This document shows, one piece after another, positions 5,445-9,206 of a stretch of 9,206 bases of DNA. The stretch's first letter is position 1, and each line of letters starts with the position of its first letter. The stretch is from a virus (taxonomy: Duplodnaviria; Heunggongvirae; Uroviricota; Caudoviricetes), in IMG/VR virus record IMGVR_UViG_2534681940_000023, positions 1 to 9,206 of that record; one strand, written 5' to 3'. Position numbers and translations under genes: made by a program. Below the pieces are notes generated by a model that was not told where the DNA came from, did no database searches, and saw nothing but the letters and a program-made list of their open reading frames with translations.

Positions 5445-6082
5445 GCGTTAGTTTCTCCACAACCAGAAGCAATCGACGCCACGACGCCCGGAGCTGCACA
5501 CTCGCGGGCGTTACTCTTTTCCGGCGCACAAAAAACACGAAATAACAGTGTTAAATGCTCCTTCCACTTCGCCATTACTTGGTAGCTGTTCTCTTCGATT
5601 TGCTCACGCTCAGCCTGGTCAATAACTCCATCAGCAGTTGCCTTGCGTAAGTACTGGGAATGCTTGCCAATCCATTCTATTGACTCCATCAGCCGCTGAT
5701 TAATGTCACCATTGTCAATGTCATCAATGACCACCAGCGGCACAAACACCCCATTACTACGACGGGCTATTGCATCCGTTACATGCCTGGTACCACTGGC
5801 ATCCTGTAAAACCATGGCCCACTCAAGTGGAAAAATTTGATCCCCACCGCTACGCAGTCTGTTATGCAATTGATCTTTTGCTGGGGTGATATCATCAGAT
5901 TTATACAAACCAAGAATTTCTGCTGCTTCCTCATAGCCATGAGGTAAATCAGCAATCGTTCTTCGTATTGCTGCCACCAGCCATGCTGGTTGCTTATCAA
6001 CTTTCCATTCAGGTTCTTTACCCACGTTTAAGCCCTCATATCTGTGGTTTCTGTAAATCGATTTATCCATTAGATTTTTCAT
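5441..6082 (-). CDS. CII-like lysogeny regulator (phage 186 CII/CP76- or YdaT-type), about 213 aa
   Basis: It has the layout of CP76/YdaT-type CII analogues: an HTH-like region ([12 protein letters not shown]...), then ...[23 protein letters not shown]... and ...[28 protein letters not shown]. It lies immediately downstream of cro and overlaps it. The start is uncertain: ATG 6082 (MKNLMDKS), ATG 6070, or the track's GTG 6139. None has a strong SD. Confidence 0.7.
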   Translation of the reverse strand: MKNLMDKSIYRNHRYEGLNVGKEPEWKVDKQPAWLVAAIRRTIADLPHGYEEAAEILGLYKSDDITPAKDQLHNRLRSGGDQIFPLEWAMVLQDASGTRHVTDAIARRSNGVFVPLVVIDDIDNGDINQRLMESIEWIGKHSQYLRKATADGVIDQAEREQIEENSYQVMAKWKEHLTLLFRVFCAPEKSNARECAAPGVVASIASGCGETNA

Positions 6083-6263
6083 AAAGCTCAGGTTTAAATG
6101 GCAACCGTCCGCAAGTTCTATATGCAGCCTCTGCTGCACGTCCTTTTGGAATTAACTGGCCAGGACGGTTTCGCCACTGATAAACGGCTTCAGTTGTTAT
6201 GCCGAAAAAAGCAGCAACTTTCTCAATGCTGCCGAAGTAGCTTTCGATATCGTCAGTCGTCAT
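6063..6263 (-). CDS. Cro/YdaS-type HTH regulator (66 aa)
   Basis: ATG at 6263 follows SD GGAGGG (revcomp of 6267-6272). The HTH IEKVAAFFGITTEAVYQWRNRPGQLIPKGRAAEAAYRTCGRL resembles YdaS/Cro family proteins. It is divergent from the repressor gene. Confidence 0.85.
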   Translation of the reverse strand: MTTDDIESYFGSIEKVAAFFGITTEAVYQWRNRPGQLIPKGRAAEAAYRTCGRLPFKPELYEKSNG

Positions 6264-6274
6264 ATGCCCTCCAA

Positions 6275-6339
6275 ACTAAGTTTTATTAGATGTTAATTAT
6301 CAATCTATCTTAGGTCAATAAAAACTAAGATTACTTAGT
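6275..6339. promoter_or_regulatory. OR-like operator cluster (three 16-bp sites)
   Basis: The sites are 6275-6290 ACTAAGTTTTATTAGA, 6299-6314 ATCAATCTATCTTAGG (weak left half) and 6324-6339 ACTAAGATTACTTAGT (perfect palindrome). Centre spacing is 24-25 bp, as in lambda OR1-3. The same ACTAAG-N4-NTTAGN motif recurs at 7016-7031 and 7052-7067. Confidence 0.6.
6290..6318 (-). promoter_or_regulatory. PR-like promoter for the cro operon
   Basis: The minus strand has TTGACC (6318-6313), a 17-nt spacer, and TAACAT (6295-6290), about 30 nt upstream of the cro ATG. The flanking operator sites overlap both the -35 and the -10/+1. Confidence 0.5.
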
Positions 6340-6360
6340 AATTAAAGAAATGGTGCTCCT

Positions 6361-6987
6361 ATGGAAACGGTTGGTCAGCGTATAAAAGCTCTGAGAAGAG
6401 TTACCAGAACGTCCCAGAAAGAATTGGGTAAATTTTGTGGAGTAAGTGACGTTGCTGTGGGGTACTGGGAGAAAGACATCAATGTCCCTGGTGGGGAAGC
6501 ACTTTCAAAATTAGCGAAGTTCTTCAATACGTCAATAGATTACATTCTTTATGGTGCGGAGTTTGAAGGCAAACTCGTCACAAACATGCGCAGAGTTCCT
6601 GTAATCTCGTGGGTTCAGGCTGGGCAGTTTACTGAGTGCAGGACAGCAGAAGTGTTTAGTGAAGTAGACAAGTGGGTAGATACATCATTAAAGATTGGTG
6701 ATAACTCATTTGCATTGGAGGTTAAAGGCGACTCCATGACTAACCCTAACGGCCTCCCAACAATACCAGAAGGCGCAACAGTGATTGTAGATCCTGATGC
6801 AGAACCCCGGCATGGAAAAATAGTCATCGCTAGACTTGATGGAACAAACGAAGCCACAGTAAAAAAATTAGTTATCGATGGCCCTCAAAAGTTTTTAGTG
6901 CCATTAAATCCCCGGTACCCCAACATTCCGATCAATGGTAATTGCCTCATCATTGGTGTAGTCAAAGGAGTTCAATACGAACTCTAG
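6361..6987 (+). CDS. CI-type prophage repressor, XRE HTH plus S24 (LexA-like) autopeptidase domain (208 aa)
   Basis: N-terminal HTH is QKELGKFCGVSDVAVGYWEKD. A cleavage-site-like VQAGQF is present. The catalytic Ser lies in KGDSMTNP and the Lys in ATVKKLV. It is divergent from cro, and a terminator follows directly. Confidence 0.9.
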   Translation: METVGQRIKALRRVTRTSQKELGKFCGVSDVAVGYWEKDINVPGGEALSKLAKFFNTSIDYILYGAEFEGKLVTNMRRVPVISWVQAGQFTECRTAEVFSEVDKWVDTSLKIGDNSFALEVKGDSMTNPNGLPTIPEGATVIVDPDAEPRHGKIVIARLDGTNEATVKKLVIDGPQKFLVPLNPRYPNIPINGNCLIIGVVKGVQYEL

Positions 6988-7005
6988 CCCCCCTTTTCTC
7001 TAACC

Positions 7006-7042
7006 AAAACACCGAACTAAGAAAAGTTTGGTGTTTTCTCTT
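7006..7042 (+). terminator. Intrinsic terminator after the repressor gene
   Basis: The stem is AAAACACCGAAC (7006-7017) paired with GTTTGGTGTTTT (7026-7037). That is 12 pairs including one G-U, with an 8-nt loop. The 3' arm ends in TTTT followed by CTCTT. It lies 19 nt after the cI stop. Confidence 0.6.
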
Positions 7043-7069
7043 GCCATCAAAACTAAGTTAAGTTAGATT
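7041..7069 (+). promoter_or_regulatory. PL-like promoter with embedded operator
   Basis: TTGCCA (7041-7046), a 17-nt spacer, and TAGATT (7064-7069). The operator-like ACTAAGTTAAGTTAGA (7052-7067) fills the spacer. A second site, ACTAAGAAAAGTTTGG (7016-7031), lies in the terminator loop and 3' arm. Confidence 0.45.
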
Positions 7070-7164
7070 TTATATCAAAGATAACGAACAGGCAGGACGC
7101 CCACGAAGTAGCCGACGGTGGCGTATGAATGACCGGATGATTCGCGCATGGCAGGAGAGTGAAT

Positions 7165-7533
7165 ATGGATGGCAGTATCGACAACCAACGAGATGCCTGG
7201 CTTGTGGTGATTGAAGCAGCAAAAACTGCATTAAGCCAAGTTGAAAGCAGTAACTACAGAACAGTTAAACAAATGGCTTTGGGCTCTATTATCTATGCCT
7301 TTGAAAGGCTGGACTTTGATTTTGAAGCAACGAGTATTCTGTCAGAACAACATGAAAAAATGAATAGAGAAGACGCCGCAGCCTATATCGGCGTAGAAGC
7401 GCAAACCTTAGCTAATTGGGCTAGCACAGGAAAAGTTCGAATACCTTTTTTAAAAATCGGTAGAAAGGTTATTTACCTAAAAAGTGATCTTGATGCCTAT
7501 CTTGCCTCATCGAAGGCAAATACCACCAAGTAG
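7165..7533 (+). CDS. First early-left gene: protein with C-terminal excisionase/MerR-type HTH (122 aa)
   Basis: Track start GTG 7159 is only 1 nt from AGGAG (7153-7157). The ATG at 7165 is 7 nt away, so I prefer it. The C-terminal REDAAAYIGVEAQTLANWASTGKVRIPFLKIGRKVIYLKSDLDAYL fits the excisionase-family HTH. I do not recognise the N-terminal 70 or so aa. Confidence 0.7.
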   Translation: MDGSIDNQRDAWLVVIEAAKTALSQVESSNYRTVKQMALGSIIYAFERLDFDFEATSILSEQHEKMNREDAAAYIGVEAQTLANWASTGKVRIPFLKIGRKVIYLKSDLDAYLASSKANTTK

Positions 7534-7741
7534 CTCACGTACCTACCACCTCGCCTGATGTGGCTAAAAGCAGGCACATAACAGCTAAGTATTTTCAACC
7601 AGAGAGAATCCTTAGCGTTGTGGTGAATGCGGCTCAGCGCACGCGGGTTAAGGTTGAGACTGACAGTCGACCTTCTGTGGATACCCACCCGCCTGGTGTG
7701 CAACCTTCGCCAGGCACCGGGAGGCACCCGGCACCACAACA

Positions 7742-7799
7742 GCCACTGCTTTGGCGGTACCAGTTTGTACACTTGCTTCCGGCTGGTACCGCTCTTTTT
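7742..7799 (+). ncRNA. DicF-like sRNA candidate (5' end approximate)
   Basis: The core TTTGGCGGTACCAGTTTGTAC (7750-7770) closely matches my recollection of K-12 DicF, TTTGGCGGTATCAGTTTTAC. It has a similar architecture, with the GGCGG arm opening a hairpin that ends in a U-tract. Like dicF in Qin, it sits in the repressor-controlled operon opposite cro. The 5' part differs from K-12 DicF. Confidence 0.45.
7753..7799 (+). terminator. Intrinsic terminator (3' end of the DicF-like RNA) inside the early-left operon
   Basis: GGCGGTACCAG (7753-7763) pairs with CTGGTACCGCT (7783-7793). That is 10 Watson-Crick pairs plus one G-U, with a 19-nt loop, followed by C and TTTTT (7795-7799). Confidence 0.6.
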
Positions 7800-7893
7800 A
7801 CAAAACAGAGAAGAGCATCACCGGACGACGGGCTCATAACCCAATCCACCCGGGCGGCTGCCACCGCAGGTGCTCTTCTCTGTTTTGTGGAGA
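7795..7893 (+). other. Long RNA hairpin: 17-bp perfect inverted repeat, extendable to about 25 pairs
   Basis: CAAAACAGAGAAGAGCA (7801-7817) is the exact reverse complement of TGCTCTTCTCTGTTTTG (7871-7887). G-U and A-U pairs extend it outward to 7795/7893 and inward to 7819/7869. The roughly 50-nt apical region can form small CCGG/CCGG, GGG/CCC and GCGG/CCGC helices. Confidence 0.6.
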
Positions 7894-7936
7894 AACCAAC
7901 CGACCTTGCAGGGTCGATATGATGAGGAGCAGCAAA

Positions 7937-8299
7937 ATGGCTAGCGAACGCAGTACTGATGTGCAGGCATTTATCGGGGAGCTGGACGGCGGCGTATTTG
8001 AAACCAAAATCGGCGCTGTTCTCAGTGAAGTCGCTTCAGGTGTGATGAACACGAAAACCAAAGGGAAGGTCTCGCTCAACCTGGAAATCGAACCGTTTGA
8101 TGAGAACCGTGTGAAAATAAAACACAAACTCTCATATGTTCGTCCGACTAACCGCGGGAAAATTTCCGAAGAAGACACCACCGAAACGCCGATGTATGTC
8201 AATCGCGGTGGTCGCCTGACTATTCTGCAGGAAGACCAGGGACAATTACTGACTCTTGCCGGTGAACCTGACGGAAAACTCCGCGCAGCAGGTCATTAA
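7937..8299 (+). CDS. yfdP: YfdP-like prophage protein (120 aa)
   Basis: Track ORF 7751..8299 is trimmed to the ATG at 7937, which lies 7 nt after GAGGAG (7924-7929). The upstream part of the track ORF runs through the hairpin region. The 120-aa product MASERSTDVQAFIGELDGG... matches the length of K-12 CPS-53 YfdP and, as far as I recall, its sequence. It is followed by a yfdQ-like gene as in K-12. The symbol is from memory. Confidence 0.75.
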   Translation: MASERSTDVQAFIGELDGGVFETKIGAVLSEVASGVMNTKTKGKVSLNLEIEPFDENRVKIKHKLSYVRPTNRGKISEEDTTETPMYVNRGGRLTILQEDQGQLLTLAGEPDGKLRAAGH

Positions 8300-8364
8300 T
8301 ATCGTTCTTAATTAACTGATTATTTATCTCATCACTGAATATCCTTATATAGTGAGGACTTATT

Positions 8365-9189
8365 ATGTCTCAGAACTTAGACGCAACCGCAATTAATCAA
8401 ATCCATGCCCTTATTTCTGCTCAGGGTGTTAATGAAATTATTAGTAAGATTGGTGCCGATGCTGTGGCATTGCCTGAGAATTTCCGCATTCATGATCTGG
8501 AAAAATTTAATTTAAATCGCTTCCGTTTCCGTGGTGCGCTTTCCACTGCCAGCATCGATGACTTTACCCGTTATTCTAAAGATCTTGCAGATGAAGGCAC
8601 CCGCTGCTTTATCGATGCCGATAATATGCGTGCCGTCAGTGTGCTTAACCTGGGTACTATTGATGAACCAGGTCACGCAGATAACACCGCCACTCTCAAA
8701 CTGAAAAAGACAGCACCGTTCTCTGCTCTGTTGTCTGTTAATGGCGAGCGTAACTCCCAAAAGTCACTGGCAGAATGGATTGAAGACTGGGCCGACTACC
8801 TTGTGGGCTTTGATGCTAATGGTGACGCCATTCAGGCAACCAAAGCGGCTGCGGCGATCCGTAAAATCACAATTGAAGCGAACCAGACCGCTGATTTTGA
8901 AGACAATGACTTCAGCGGCAAACGCTCCCTGATGGAGTCTGTCGAAGCGAAGACCAAAGACATTATGCCAGTGGCATTTGAATTTAAATGCGTTCCGTTT
9001 GAAGGCCTGAAAGAACGTCCGTTTAAATTACGCCTCAGCATTATCACTGGCGATCGTCCTGTACTGGTTCTGCGCATTATTCAGCTGGAAGCGGTGCAGG
9101 AAGAAATGGCTAACGAATTTCGTGATCTGCTTGTTGAGAAATTTAAAGACAGCAAAGTAGAAACCTTTATTGGTACTTTCACCGCCTGA
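8365..9189 (+). CDS. yfdQ: YfdQ-like DUF2303 prophage protein (274 aa)
   Basis: The ATG at 8365 follows GTGAGGA. The 274-aa product has the same length as K-12 YfdQ and is in the same gene order after yfdP. Codon usage is clean and no competing ORFs are present. The family assignment is from memory. Confidence 0.85.
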   Translation: MSQNLDATAINQIHALISAQGVNEIISKIGADAVALPENFRIHDLEKFNLNRFRFRGALSTASIDDFTRYSKDLADEGTRCFIDADNMRAVSVLNLGTIDEPGHADNTATLKLKKTAPFSALLSVNGERNSQKSLAEWIEDWADYLVGFDANGDAIQATKAAAAIRKITIEANQTADFEDNDFSGKRSLMESVEAKTKDIMPVAFEFKCVPFEGLKERPFKLRLSIITGDRPVLVLRIIQLEAVQEEMANEFRDLLVEKFKDSKVETFIGTFTA

Positions 9190-9206
9190 TTTCATTACTG
9201 CAAATG

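Noticed and set aside
7125-7214. 29-aa ORF in the PL leader overlapping the 7165 gene start
   Set aside because: It has a weak SD (GGTGG), overlaps the better-supported gene out of frame, and has no recognisable features.
7534-7745. HK022 put-like RNA antiterminator
   Set aside because: The position downstream of PL and the stacked hairpins are suggestive. I cannot recall put sequences well enough to compare, and no matching element is visible downstream of PR. It is mentioned only as a possibility.
7801-7887. Retron msr/msd-like inverted repeats
   Set aside because: Long terminal inverted repeats recall retron a1/a2. However, there is no reverse transcriptase gene in the window or adjacent to the element, and the neighbours are ordinary early genes.
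7801-7887. tRNA gene (CAT anticodon loop CTCATAA)
   Set aside because: No cloverleaf can be drawn. The anticodon stem has only 3 pairs, there is no D arm or T arm with a TTC loop, and the acceptor-like stem is 17 bp. I kept only the local sequence identity as a finding.
7560-7922. 120-aa + strand ORF, with overlapping ORFs 7627-7839 (+), 7634-7864 (-), 7497-7772 (-) and 7834-8202 (-)
   Set aside because: They are mutually overlapping on both strands and have no SD. Their products are Pro/Arg/Gly-rich, as expected from GC-rich non-coding sequence. They run straight through a terminator and a 17-bp hairpin.
7751-7936. N-terminal 62 codons of track ORF 7751-8299
   Set aside because: This part covers the terminator and hairpin. 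The ATG at 7937 with GAGGAG 7 nt upstream gives a 120-aa product consistent with YfdP.
1-9206. SOS boxes (CTGT-N8-ACAG), CRISPR repeats, IS or transposase ends, integrase or att sites
   Set aside because: A by-eye scan of CTGT occurrences found none with ACAG at the right spacing. There are no regularly spaced repeat-spacer arrays, no terminal inverted repeats bounding a transposase, and no integrase-like ORF in the window.

Overview
This window is the immunity and early-gene core of a lambdoid enterobacterial prophage. From memory it looks like an intact relative of the E. coli K-12 CPS-53/KplE1 remnant, because it has YfdP/YfdQ-like genes and a YfdO-like replication gene. A cI-type HTH+S24 repressor (6361-6987, +) faces a Cro/YdaS-type gene (6263-6063, -) across a 97-bp region with 16-bp ACTAAG-N4-CTTAGT-type operators.

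The minus-strand early-right operon runs: cro-like, CII/CP76-like, small proteins, a ProQ/FinO-domain protein, Rha, two small proteins, an O-like replication initiator with internal iterons, a phage Dam-type methyltransferase, a LexA N-terminal-domain-only protein, RusA and a KilA-N protein. Most of these are joined by ATGA stop/start overlaps.

The plus-strand early-left operon runs: cI terminator, PL-like promoter/operator, an HTH protein, about 400 nt of hairpin-dense untranslated sequence, then YfdP-like and YfdQ-like genes. The untranslated stretch contains a DicF-like sRNA with its terminator and a 17-bp perfect hairpin.

The most unusual points are:
- One reading frame stays open for 1662 nt (3783-5444) while the best-supported genes in its middle (ProQ/FinO-like and a 57-aa TTG ORF) lie in another frame.
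- A phage-borne ProQ/FinO RNA-binding protein sits in the same prophage as a structured RNA locus.
- The hairpin loop carries a 17-nt near-identity to the initiator tRNA anticodon arm.
- The LexA-like protein lacks the autocleavage domain.

No CRISPR array, transposase, integrase, rRNA or bona fide tRNA was seen. All homology statements are by-eye or from memory and need database confirmation.
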